Assembly (NCBI GenBank): GCA_039810605.1
Contig: JBDHXH010000004.1
Coordinates: 597-64,596 of the forward strand
DNA from: Ignavibacteria bacterium
GTDB lineage: Bacteria; Bacteroidota; Ignavibacteria; Tepidaquicellales; Tepidaquicellaceae
Direction: 5' to 3'
Length of the DNA stretch: 64,000 nt
A program made the position numbers and the translations under genes. A model generated the notes under the pieces. It searched no databases. It had not been told where the DNA came from and was given only the letters and a program-made list of their open reading frames with translations. Of this stretch, positions 37,653 to 46,804 are shown in pieces. How positions within the stretch are numbered: position 1 is the stretch's first letter; the number at the start of each line of letters is the position of its first letter.

Positions 37653-39113
37653 TCACATAATAAGCTCTTTTGCCTTATTGATCAGCCAGGTCTTGCTGAC
37701 GAGCGCTTTTTCCTTTTCGATTTGATTTATGACGTAACCCGGAGATTCTTTACTCTGCCCGCATTTGATTCGCAATAAACCGGAATAGTGTTTCAGAAAA
37801 GCTCTGTAGATATCTTTGTATGAATTTGTAATTTCCTTAGTGTTAGAAAGAAAATGTCTGTATGTATCGACCATTGAGAATGCCTGCTCAAAGTAATTCA
37901 GTTCGTAATAAATGATCAGCATAAGATTTTTCAGATCCGATTTGAAAAGAAAAAATTCCTGATTAATCTTTGATAAATGCTCAAGCGCCGTTTCAAACTC
38001 TTTCTTAATGTAATACAGATAACCCAATGCATAACTGCTCATATCATTTCTTACATCAGTTTTCAATTTATCAGTATATTTCGATACAAAGTATTCCAGA
38101 AAGACCGTGTCGGATTCCGTAACACAACTAAAGAAGATATTTCTGTAAGTCATAGTTTGCATGTATTCATCTTCGGAAAGTGAGTAAGCCTCGTGTTCAA
38201 GCATTTTCTTATAGACATCAAGGATTTCCCTTTTGAACTCCCTTTCAGGCTCTTCAAAATTGGCAATACAAAAATGAACCAGATTGTTGAACATTATGTG
38301 TTTTTCTTCACGCTCGAACTGTGGCATCATTTCATAAAGTAAGTCCCTGAACTTGTAATAGTAAAATTTGGCTTTGCGGTCTGAGTTTGCCTTAAGCCAG
38401 TAGTAATGAAGCAGGATAATGTCTTTATTCTTATGACCGGAATCTTCGAGAGACTTTACAAGCTTCTCAAACCTGAAACTCTGAATGACATCTTCGACAA
38501 ATTCTTTCTTAATATTTTTTCCGTATGTATTCATTGCGGGAATAATTGAACCTACAATGTCTGTATAATCAATTATAAACTGCAGCGCGGATTCTTCAAA
38601 ATAATTCTTCTTTGTCTCGATAAGATTCTCAAAATCATTCAGCTGCGTGTAATATATGCTCTTTAGAAAATTGAGCCTGCGAAATTTTGATATATAATCC
38701 CTCCCCGGGGAAAAGCCTCGCTTGATGTTTTTCTCTATGACTTTATTGATTCTGTTTGATTCTTCCAAAAGTCCTCTCTTCAGGAACGCCCGGCTGAGAT
38801 TGATCAGATTCTCCGATTCATCAAGCAAATATGTTTCGAGCGCCAGGTATTGCTCGCATGATTTAGTTAGTTCGCTCATCAGATTGATCAGCTTTTTCTC
38901 ATTATATCCCTCGCCCCCGAAGAGTTTTTCAAATATCCTCTCCTTGAGCAATTCATCAGAAGTGTAATCCGGGTGATGTTTGACCAAATGGCTGTACAAA
39001 GGGGCAATGTTCCTTGCGGAGTTATTAAATGGAGAACCGATAAATCTTTCAAGACCCTTCAAGTCACTCCTGTCAAATGACCTCAGGATTTTAATTAATC
39101 TCGAACCTTTCAC
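37653..39113 (-). CDS. Hypothetical cytoplasmic all-helical protein (486 aa)
   Basis: No signal peptide or TM segment. Rich in K/E/Y/F/L with helical-repeat character. No catalytic or DNA-binding motif recognised. GTG start. Its stop is only 19 nt from the stop of the convergent 36101-37633 gene. Confidence 0.5.
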   Translation of the reverse strand: MKGSRLIKILRSFDRSDLKGLERFIGSPFNNSARNIAPLYSHLVKHHPDYTSDELLKERIFEKLFGGEGYNEKKLINLMSELTKSCEQYLALETYLLDESENLINLSRAFLKRGLLEESNRINKVIEKNIKRGFSPGRDYISKFRRLNFLKSIYYTQLNDFENLIETKKNYFEESALQFIIDYTDIVGSIIPAMNTYGKNIKKEFVEDVIQSFRFEKLVKSLEDSGHKNKDIILLHYYWLKANSDRKAKFYYYKFRDLLYEMMPQFEREEKHIMFNNLVHFCIANFEEPEREFKREILDVYKKMLEHEAYSLSEDEYMQTMTYRNIFFSCVTESDTVFLEYFVSKYTDKLKTDVRNDMSSYALGYLYYIKKEFETALEHLSKINQEFFLFKSDLKNLMLIIYYELNYFEQAFSMVDTYRHFLSNTKEITNSYKDIYRAFLKHYSGLLRIKCGQSKESPGYVINQIEKEKALVSKTWLINKAKELIM

Positions 39114-39225
39114 TTAATAAATTAAGGATTTCAAATGAGAAAGAAAAACTTAAAATATTGCAAAATTATAGCAAAACTGATACGGTTGAAAATCTGATAA
39201 TACATAAAGTGTGAGAATTTCTGAA

Positions 39226-39252
39226 AAAGTTTCTTTTTAGAAAAGAAACTTT
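39226..39252. promoter_or_regulatory. Perfect 12-bp inverted repeat (AAAGTTTCTTTT-tag-AAAAGAAACTTT) in a divergent intergenic region
   Basis: Direct reading of the sequence. It sits between the minus-strand gene starting at 39113 and the plus-strand gene. Its role as an operator is inferred only. Confidence 0.3.
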
Positions 39253-39504
39253 CCCTTTAAGTTTGAGCAAGTTCATTCATTAACTTTAAATTTAAATGAA
39301 ATGAAAAACGAAACAAACAAATCGAACCAAAGCTCAAAGCAAGAAAGCAAATGGAGCATCGTCAGAAGAATTCTTCCTTTTCTTTACTTAGCTTTCTATT
39401 TCAACGACGAAGTAGTTCCGTTTGATGTAGGCGACTGTGACAAAAGCTGCACAGACGTGAAGAATCAAAACGGCAAATTTTCTCAAATGTACTTGGATAC
39501 AAAA

Positions 39505-42495
39505 ATGAAAAACTCAAGAAGCAAGATCTCGAAAATTCTTATTGTCTTTATTCTTCCATTCATTCTTGGCGTGCTTAATGTCACGTCTTTGATCGCCGAT
39601 CCGAGAATTGAGGAAACCTTTCTGTATCCGATCGGAACAAACATTAACAACGCTTCAGGCTGGTACTACAGCAGCAGCGGCTATCCGATTTTCATAAATT
39701 CTCCAAGTCTGAATTTTCCCGGATATCCTTTTGCTGATTCGGGAAACGCTGCTGTATTGGATTCAACAGGGAATGATGCTTACCATCCATTTCCTTCAAT
39801 CGGCACAACGAGAAGCGCTTACGCATCCTGTCTTGTAAGAATTGACTCGGCTCAAAGACCGGGAGATTTCTTTCTCGCTCTTTCAAGTAACTCAGGTTAC
39901 CACGGAAAAGTACATGCAAGATATAAAAACGGTTCGCTAGAATTCGGAATAACCAAATCGAACGCTTCGGATTCAAACTCAATGACATGGGCAGGAGGAT
40001 ATCAGCTTGGACAAACTTATTACTTAGTCCTGAAATACAAATTTAATTCAGGATCCTTTACCAATGATCAGCTCAGCTTATTTATTTATTCAGCAGATGT
40101 TCCCAATTATGAACCTCAATCTCCCACTATCGGTCCTCTAACATTCACAACCTCGACGGATGCAAATACAATTTACAGGATCAATTTGGTTCAGGGTTCA
40201 TCTCAGCGTGCGCCGAGATTAGCAATTGACGCAATTGTTATCGATACTATGTGGGAATACAGAAGATGCATTTTCCCGGGCTGCAGCACCGACACACTGA
40301 ATATCAGTACAGGATTTGATCATAATGTTAATACAACTTACCCTACCGGAAGTTATGATGCGTTCTGGGAATTGATTGAAACTCCTGTTCCCGGAAGCAA
40401 TGTTCCAAGAGCTTCTTCGGTAATATCACCTTATTACGCATGGGATACGCAATCAGGCAGTGGGTGGATATCAGCCTATCCGACAAACAACTTCACAGTT
40501 AACAATCCTGATCCGCTTCCTTTTTATACTTATCAAACATGTTTTTGTATATGTGAAAACGGCACACAAGTAACTTTAGATATTAATGTATTGGCAGATG
40601 ACGAATGCGATATTTATCTTGACAATACTTTCATTGGATTTGTTGGAAATGGACCCCAGGCATTCCAGCTTCCTCCTGATCATTTTCTTCAAGTGCTTAC
40701 ACTTAGCCAGGGTAACCATTGTCTTCAGATTCGGGCAAGAAATACCGGCGCTGTAGCAATGGGGGTAAATCTACTCGGAACAATAACGGGTGCTAATTTG
40801 CTAAATCATGCCTGTTGCAGTAACGGAAGCAAAATCACAGGAATGAAATTTAACGACATGAATCAGAATGGCATAAAGGAAAGCAATGAACCGGGAATTC
40901 AGGGCTGGATAATTTTGCTTAACAACGGATCAAGTACAGTTACTGATGCGCAGGGAAACTATACGTTTGCGAATCTTTTGCCGGGGAGCTATACTGTATC
41001 AGAATTATTGCTCCCCGGATGGAGTCAGACCTATCCTCCGTCAGGAACCTATAACATTCAGTTCGGTGCAAGCACGGTTGTTGGGAACATTGATTTTGGA
41101 AATTATCGGCAACCCGGATGTGAACCGGTATGCTATACTGATACTTTAAATATTAGCACAGGATTTAATCACAAAACCGGTAGCCCTTATGCTAATCACA
41201 GTTATGACGGATATTGGGATCTTGTGGAATCTCCGTTGACAGGATTGAAACTGCCAAGACCTGCAGCTACCTTTAATTTCCCCGGCTGGACAATGATGCA
41301 AGGGAGTAACTGGCTCAATCCTCTTCTGCTTGAAAATGCACCCGAGGGAGGCTATGCTAATAATCCTCATCCCGATACCACTTACACTTTCCAAACTTGT
41401 TTCTGTGTTTGTCAGGACAGTACGCCTGTTGCATTTGATTTCAGATACTTATTTGATGATTCCGCCTGGGTATGTGTGGACGGAGTCAGAATTCCATATT
41501 CAGGTCCGGGCGGCGGTTTTATTAATCCGCAGCATTATCAGTTTACGCAGGTACTTGATGCGGGTGAACATTGCATACAGCTCAAACTAAGGAATTTAGG
41601 CGGTTCCCCGCTTGGCGTAAATCTTAACGGATTTATAACTGGTCCGAACCTGATAAAGCAAGACTGCTGCGATAGTACCGGGTCGGTGATAGGTTTGAAA
41701 TTTGAAGACAAAAATCAAAACGGAATCAGAGATGCCGGCGAAGGAGTCTTGTCAAATTGGAAAATCAAGTTGACTGCAGGAAGCAGCGTTCAGGAAACTA
41801 CAACTGATGCTTATGGGTTTTATGTTTTCAATAATTTACCTACAGGGGTAGTGGGAAGCGTAACAGAAATTTACAACCCAAAGGTCTGGTCAAAAAAATA
41901 TCCGACAGGTTCAGGTTGGAATATATTCCTGACGGGTTCTGAAGTCGAAGGAAATTTGAATTTCGGAAATTACAACAAGTTGTCATTTGACGGAGTCGCC
42001 GAAGGAAATTTCAACTTGGAACTTGCTGTATGCTCTCTGACAGTAAGGCATTCTAATCCTCCGTATGAAATAGCCGGCACAACAGCATGCCGTTTGAATA
42101 CTTCCGGTTGGTGGATTCCCGAATTTCCCGATACACTTCAATTTCAAGGCGGCAGTTATTATCTTGTTGTCAAAACTCCGAACACTCTAGAGACCTGGAG
42201 CGCAAATCCGGTTAACTTTGCAAATGACGTACACTATGACTTCACTACTTCTTTGTCTATGGCATATGGAAACAATATGGTGATGGTCGGCGGCAAAGCT
42301 TGTTTCTTCAGCGGAGATGTAAATCAGGATGGAACAATAGATGTGTCCGATATTGCCCTGATTAATAACGACGTAATGAATTTTGTGACAGGCGATGTAG
42401 TGACAGATCTTAACAGGGATCAGGTAGTTGACGTGAGCGATGTCTTGCTTGCTTACAACAATGCTGCTAACTTTGTAAGTCTAATGACTCCTTAG
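39505..42495 (+). CDS. Large secreted multidomain protein: jelly-roll-like N-domain, two tandem (Cys-rich domain + SdrD-B/Cna-B-like domain) units, dockerin-like C-terminal module
   Basis: I place the start at ATG 39505, giving the signal peptide MKNSRSKISKILIVFILPFILGVLNVTSLIA. The track start 39301 adds 68 residues. There are two ~280-aa internal repeats (TDTLNISTGF...YTFQTCFC...KF-D-NQNGI...TDAxGxYxF...NFGNY). The C-terminus carries GDVNQDGTIDVSDIALI and TDLNRDQVVDVSDVLLA. Confidence 0.62.
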   Translation: MKNSRSKISKILIVFILPFILGVLNVTSLIADPRIEETFLYPIGTNINNASGWYYSSSGYPIFINSPSLNFPGYPFADSGNAAVLDSTGNDAYHPFPSIGTTRSAYASCLVRIDSAQRPGDFFLALSSNSGYHGKVHARYKNGSLEFGITKSNASDSNSMTWAGGYQLGQTYYLVLKYKFNSGSFTNDQLSLFIYSADVPNYEPQSPTIGPLTFTTSTDANTIYRINLVQGSSQRAPRLAIDAIVIDTMWEYRRCIFPGCSTDTLNISTGFDHNVNTTYPTGSYDAFWELIETPVPGSNVPRASSVISPYYAWDTQSGSGWISAYPTNNFTVNNPDPLPFYTYQTCFCICENGTQVTLDINVLADDECDIYLDNTFIGFVGNGPQAFQLPPDHFLQVLTLSQGNHCLQIRARNTGAVAMGVNLLGTITGANLLNHACCSNGSKITGMKFNDMNQNGIKESNEPGIQGWIILLNNGSSTVTDAQGNYTFANLLPGSYTVSELLLPGWSQTYPPSGTYNIQFGASTVVGNIDFGNYRQPGCEPVCYTDTLNISTGFNHKTGSPYANHSYDGYWDLVESPLTGLKLPRPAATFNFPGWTMMQGSNWLNPLLLENAPEGGYANNPHPDTTYTFQTCFCVCQDSTPVAFDFRYLFDDSAWVCVDGVRIPYSGPGGGFINPQHYQFTQVLDAGEHCIQLKLRNLGGSPLGVNLNGFITGPNLIKQDCCDSTGSVIGLKFEDKNQNGIRDAGEGVLSNWKIKLTAGSSVQETTTDAYGFYVFNNLPTGVVGSVTEIYNPKVWSKKYPTGSGWNIFLTGSEVEGNLNFGNYNKLSFDGVAEGNFNLELAVCSLTVRHSNPPYEIAGTTACRLNTSGWWIPEFPDTLQFQGGSYYLVVKTPNTLETWSANPVNFANDVHYDFTTSLSMAYGNNMVMVGGKACFFSGDVNQDGTIDVSDIALINNDVMNFVTGDVVTDLNRDQVVDVSDVLLAYNNAANFVSLMTP

Positions 42496-42514
42496 ATTTG
42501 CTCTGATGTATTTT

Positions 42515-42550
42515 AAGGCAGGTTCATTCGTGAGCCTGCCTTTTCTTTAT
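42515..42550 (+). terminator. Rho-independent terminator after the large secreted-protein gene
   Basis: A 12-bp stem, AAGGCAGGTTCA pairing with TGAGCCTGCCTT (one G-U pair), closes a UUCG tetraloop. It is followed by TTTTCTTT. Confidence 0.78.
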
Positions 42551-42687
42551 AATGATTAATAGTGTTCCGTGAAGAAATTTCTTCCATTGCAAAGCTTAAC
42601 CAATTTCGCAAATTTCCAAATGTTAATATTAATGAACCTTTTTGTGGTCATTGCGTTAATCACTATCACCAACATCAAATTTTGAAA

Positions 42688-43365
42688 ATGAAATATATAC
42701 TTATTGTACTGGCAATTCTGTTATTCTCCGACTCCTTCTCCCAGACTGACGGCGTAAACAAGAATTCATCCCCGTTCAAAATCGCGCGGCTGAAGTATTC
42801 CGGCGGAGGCGACTGGTATAATGATCCCTCTGCTGAAGTCAATATGATGGATTATCTTAAGAAGAATACGACCATTGACGTTGATGAATCAAAATTCTAT
42901 TCCGTTGATGTTTCTTCGGATGACATTTTCAATTATCCGTTCCTGCTCATTACCGGTCATGGCAATATTGAATTTTCGCAGGGGGAAATTGAACGGCTCC
43001 GAAAGTATTGCGAATCGGGAGGATTTCTTTATGCCGACGATGATTATGGAATGGACGAGTCTTTTCGACGCGAAATAAAAAAGATCTTTCCCAATGATGA
43101 ATTGAAAGAGCTCCCGTTCAATCATAAAATCTATCATTCTCATTTTGACTTTCCAAACGGACTGCCTAAGATTCACGAACATGATCAGAAACCTCCGCAG
43201 GGATTCGGTATCTATAAAGACGGAAGACTTTGCGTATACTATACTTATGAAACTAATATTTCAGACGGATGGGCAGATACTAAGGAACATCAGGACCCGC
43301 CGGAGAAAAGAGAAGAAGCATTTAAGATGGGAACAAATATTATTGTGTACGCTTTGATGAATTGA
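42688..43365 (+). CDS. DUF4159-like secreted protein
   Basis: Signal peptide MKYILIVLAILLFSDSFSQ. Then ARLKYSGGGDWYNDPSAEVNMM..., YPFLLITGHGNIEFS and GGFLYADDDYGMD, which match my memory of the DUF4159 pattern. I prefer ATG 42688 to the track start 42562. Confidence 0.6.
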   Translation: MKYILIVLAILLFSDSFSQTDGVNKNSSPFKIARLKYSGGGDWYNDPSAEVNMMDYLKKNTTIDVDESKFYSVDVSSDDIFNYPFLLITGHGNIEFSQGEIERLRKYCESGGFLYADDDYGMDESFRREIKKIFPNDELKELPFNHKIYHSHFDFPNGLPKIHEHDQKPPQGFGIYKDGRLCVYYTYETNISDGWADTKEHQDPPEKREEAFKMGTNIIVYALMN

Positions 43366-43417
43366 AATTCTGAAAGACGCAAATGAAGAAATGAAAGCTC
43401 ACTTTCGGCTTACAAAC

Positions 43418-45085
43418 TTATGATCTCGCATTGGCAATCTCCACCGCTACCTCTTTTCCCTTGATCGTATTGTTGTTCATAATCTTTATCACTTTCTTCG
43501 AATATTTTTTTGGAATTTCCACAAAGCAGTATTTGTCATAAATATCTATGCTTCCTATTGACTTCCCCGGAATCCCTGCCTCGTTTGCGATTGCACCCAC
43601 AATATCATTCGGCTTCACTCGTTGTTTCTTACCGACATTAATGAATAACCTGTCCATGTCTTCACTGCTCCGGAAATTCCCGGCACCTCTTTCCTTGCCT
43701 GATTTTGTGATTTTATTTTTTCTGTCCCGTCTGTCCGGCGATTTTTCAAAAGCAGTATTTTGAAAATTCTCGTCTATTTTTTCTGAAGCTTCTCTGTTCC
43801 CGATAATCATCTTCAGAAGACCGGTTGCAATCTCCTCGGACGTATAGTCTTCATTCAGCAACCGCTCCATAATATGTGTGTACTTCGAAAGATCTTTCGC
43901 CGCATCAATCGTGTCCTTTATATCTTTTACAATTACATTGGTCCTCATTTCCTCAACGTCCTTTAATGACGGTATCTGACGTCTCATGATTTTTGTTTTC
44001 GTGTATCTTTCTATCTCTCTGATAGTTCTGATGTCTTTGCCGGATACAAACGTAAATGCCTGCCCTGCTCTTCCTGCGCGGGCAGTCCTGCCTATTCTGT
44101 GAACGTAATATTCTTCATCCTGCGGCATGTCATAATTGATGACTGCATCAATTTCCTCAACATCAATTCCTCTTGCAGCAACATCCGTCGCAACAAGTAT
44201 GTCAAGCTTGCCGCTTCTGAATTTATTCATTACCTTGTCTCTCCCATTCTGCTTCATGTCTCCGTGAAGTCCTTCGGCTAAGTATCCGCGGAACTGCAGA
44301 TGCGACACGAGGTCATCTACTCCTCTTTTTGTGTTGCAGAATACAAGCATAAGTTTAGGATTATGCAGATCAATAAGCCGAGTCAAAACTTCAAGCTTCA
44401 TGTTGGGCTTAAGTTCAATGTAATGCTGGTTGACATTCGGAACGGTCAGCTCCTTATGCACAACCTTTATGTGTTCCGGATTGCGCAGATACTTTCTCGC
44501 AAGTTCAAGAATCGCGCCGGGCATAGTTGCCGAAAACATAACTGTCTGCCGTTCCTTCGGCGCAGACTTAAGAATCTTTTCGATGTCATCGCGAAATCCC
44601 ATGTCGAGCATTTCATCGGCTTCATCAAGCACGACAATTTTTATTTCCGAAAGATTTATTGTTCCCCGATTTATGTGATCAATTACTCTTCCGGGGGTTC
44701 CGATTATAATCTGAACGCCCTGCTTCAAAGCCCTGAACTGCCGGTCAATGGATTGTCCTCCGTATATCGGAATGACTCTGATTGATCTTTTGTATTTCAA
44801 AAGTTCTCCGAGCTCTTCCGATACCTGTATTGCGAGTTCTCTGGTTGGGCAAAGTACGAGCGCCTGAATCTTTTTTGAATGCGCATCTGTAGTCTCGATG
44901 ATCGGTATTCCGAATGATGCGGTCTTGCCGGTTCCTGTTTGCGCCTGTCCTATAATATCTCTTCCTTCCATTATAAACGGAATTGCCTGCGACTGAATCG
45001 GCGTTGCTTCTTCAAAGCCCATATCGTTGACTGCTCTTTGCACATCCTTCGACAGGTTTAACTCTTCAAATCTTAATGTCTTCAA
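43418..45085 (-). CDS. DEAD-box ATP-dependent RNA helicase (DeaD/CsdA-like) with a DbpA-type C-terminal RNA-binding domain
   Basis: Q motif region, AQTGTGKT, PTRELA, VLDEADEM, SAT and HRIGRTARAG. The basic linker and C-terminal domain fit a DbpA/RRM-like fold. TTG start. Confidence 0.92.
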   Translation of the reverse strand: MKTLRFEELNLSKDVQRAVNDMGFEEATPIQSQAIPFIMEGRDIIGQAQTGTGKTASFGIPIIETTDAHSKKIQALVLCPTRELAIQVSEELGELLKYKRSIRVIPIYGGQSIDRQFRALKQGVQIIIGTPGRVIDHINRGTINLSEIKIVVLDEADEMLDMGFRDDIEKILKSAPKERQTVMFSATMPGAILELARKYLRNPEHIKVVHKELTVPNVNQHYIELKPNMKLEVLTRLIDLHNPKLMLVFCNTKRGVDDLVSHLQFRGYLAEGLHGDMKQNGRDKVMNKFRSGKLDILVATDVAARGIDVEEIDAVINYDMPQDEEYYVHRIGRTARAGRAGQAFTFVSGKDIRTIREIERYTKTKIMRRQIPSLKDVEEMRTNVIVKDIKDTIDAAKDLSKYTHIMERLLNEDYTSEEIATGLLKMIIGNREASEKIDENFQNTAFEKSPDRRDRKNKITKSGKERGAGNFRSSEDMDRLFINVGKKQRVKPNDIVGAIANEAGIPGKSIGSIDIYDKYCFVEIPKKYSKKVIKIMNNNTIKGKEVAVEIANARS

Positions 45086-45276
45086 TTTAGCTCGTTAAAA
45101 TAAATTATTATGAAAATAGGTCTGGATTAAAATTAATTTTGCACCGGAAAATATTTGTTGTTAACAAATGATGTAACAAATTATTCATATTTAAAGCAGA
45201 CATAAAGATATGATAGCAGGAACTTGAGAGAATACTGTTGTTTCATTTTTCAATACATGAATTCCAACAACAAAGA

Positions 45277-45987
45277 TCACATTTCTCTTGATGAAATCTT
45301 TTTCTTCAACTGCGATATATGCCACGTAATGTTAATGTCCTTCGGACAGGCTTCAACACAATTGAAAATCGTGTGACACCGCCAGATACCGTCAGGCGTA
45401 TCAAGTATGTCGAGTCTTTCATCGGCTCCCTCATCTCTGGTATCAAAAACAAAACGGTATGCTCTCACAAATGACGCGGGACCGATATAGTTTTCATTGC
45501 TCCATGTTGAAGGGCAACTTGTCGTGCAGCATGCGCACAAAATGCATTTTGCAGATTCAAAAAGTTTTTCTGCGTCTTCGTTTGATTGAAGCCGCTCCTG
45601 ATTTGGCGGAGGTGGAGTGTTATTGATAAGGTATGGCTTTATAACTTCATACTTCAGAAAAAAATCTGTCATGTCAACAACGAGGTCTTTTATTATCGGC
45701 AGTGCGGGCAGAGGTTCAATTGTAATCGGCTTCTTCGTATTGATATCTTTCAGCAGCAATGAACACGCAAGTCTGTTCTTTCCGTTTATTTTCATTCCGT
45801 CACTTCCGCAGATTCCGTGAGCACAAGAGCGCCTGAATGTCAGCGTCCCGTCAATATTCCATTTTATTTCGTGAAGCACGTCAAGCAAACGCCAGTCATC
45901 GTGTACATTCTTCACATTGAAATCCTGAAAATACGGTTCTTTGTCCTTCTCCGGATTGTATCTAAGAATTTTTAATTGAACGTCCAT
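45277..45987 (-). CDS. sdhB: Succinate dehydrogenase / fumarate reductase iron-sulfur subunit
   Basis: 236 aa. 2Fe-2S cluster cysteines CAHGICGSDGMKINGKNRLAC. 4Fe-4S/3Fe-4S cysteines CILCACCTTSCP and CHTIFNCVEACP. Confidence 0.92.
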   Translation of the reverse strand: MDVQLKILRYNPEKDKEPYFQDFNVKNVHDDWRLLDVLHEIKWNIDGTLTFRRSCAHGICGSDGMKINGKNRLACSLLLKDINTKKPITIEPLPALPIIKDLVVDMTDFFLKYEVIKPYLINNTPPPPNQERLQSNEDAEKLFESAKCILCACCTTSCPSTWSNENYIGPASFVRAYRFVFDTRDEGADERLDILDTPDGIWRCHTIFNCVEACPKDINITWHISQLKKKISSREM

Positions 45988-46011
45988 TTGTATGATGATG
46001 TATGTTGATTT

Positions 46012-46788
46012 CTATTTCAGTTTATAAACGACTTTCAATGTGTCGGTAAATGCACCCTTGTCGGGGCAGGTATATGTTTCATTTACAATGTCATACCCTT
46101 TCTGCACTTCGCCAAGATTGTAATAATCAAGCACCAGCGGAGCAAGTATCGCCTTCATTGTTCCGGCTTCTGTGTTGAAAGTGTCTTCGCCCGCAGCCGG
46201 ACATTTGATTCCTGAATTCTTGTATTTTGAAAGCTCTGCATTTAGTTCGGTAATGCTTGCATTAATAGTCTCCGGAAAATTTTTTGTTATGTTTTCAAAT
46301 TTATAATCCTTCACTGTATAAACAAGCGGTGAGAATCTCGTCTCCGCAAAATTAGTAAAAGCATAGGCAAACCTGTCATCGGAAGCAAATATTTCTCTTC
46401 GATTATCACTGTTCAAATCTTTGATCTCGTAATCCGAATTTCCAAGCCAAAGACTATCTGTAATCACAAAACTGTTTTCTTCAGTATGACCCGTATAAAT
46501 ATTGAAACAGCAATGCGCTCCTCCCGTGTATAAGTCAATCAAAATATCCATCTTGCCGTCGTCTCCGAATTCATCGGCTTTAATGGAATAAATTTTTCCG
46601 CCAAACTCTCTTTCAAAAAGTGTCATCCCCTTCTTCGTCACCTTCAATATACTGTTAAAACTTGAAGTGTCGTAAACTGATTTGAAGTTGTATTCTCCGA
46701 GACTAAACTTCAAAGGATTGTCATCCTGCTGTGAATTTGCATTTTGCAAAAACATCAGAGAGAGTATTGTAAATAGAATATTTTTCAT
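46012..46788 (-). CDS. Hypothetical secreted protein encoded between sdhA and sdhB
   Basis: Signal peptide MKNILFTILSLMFLQNANSQ. 258 aa with 5 Cys (GGAHCCF, KCPAAG, YTCPDKG) and no recognised family. It is 16 nt from the sdhA stop and 24 nt from the sdhB start. I prefer ATG 46788; the track start 46842 would overlap sdhA. Confidence 0.55.
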   Translation of the reverse strand: MKNILFTILSLMFLQNANSQQDDNPLKFSLGEYNFKSVYDTSSFNSILKVTKKGMTLFEREFGGKIYSIKADEFGDDGKMDILIDLYTGGAHCCFNIYTGHTEENSFVITDSLWLGNSDYEIKDLNSDNRREIFASDDRFAYAFTNFAETRFSPLVYTVKDYKFENITKNFPETINASITELNAELSKYKNSGIKCPAAGEDTFNTEAGTMKAILAPLVLDYYNLGEVQKGYDIVNETYTCPDKGAFTDTLKVVYKLK

Positions 46789-46804
46789 GATTTTACTTTT
46801 CGGT

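Noticed and set aside
39301-39504. N-terminal extensions of the longest ORFs in the track (39301, 42562, 20716, 46842, 12472, 14102, 26968, 54984, 13976, 10381).
   Set aside because: The extensions precede obvious signal peptides or conserved family N-termini. They overlap terminators or upstream genes and often depend on TTG/GTG codons. Internal ATG starts give products that match the family N-termini.
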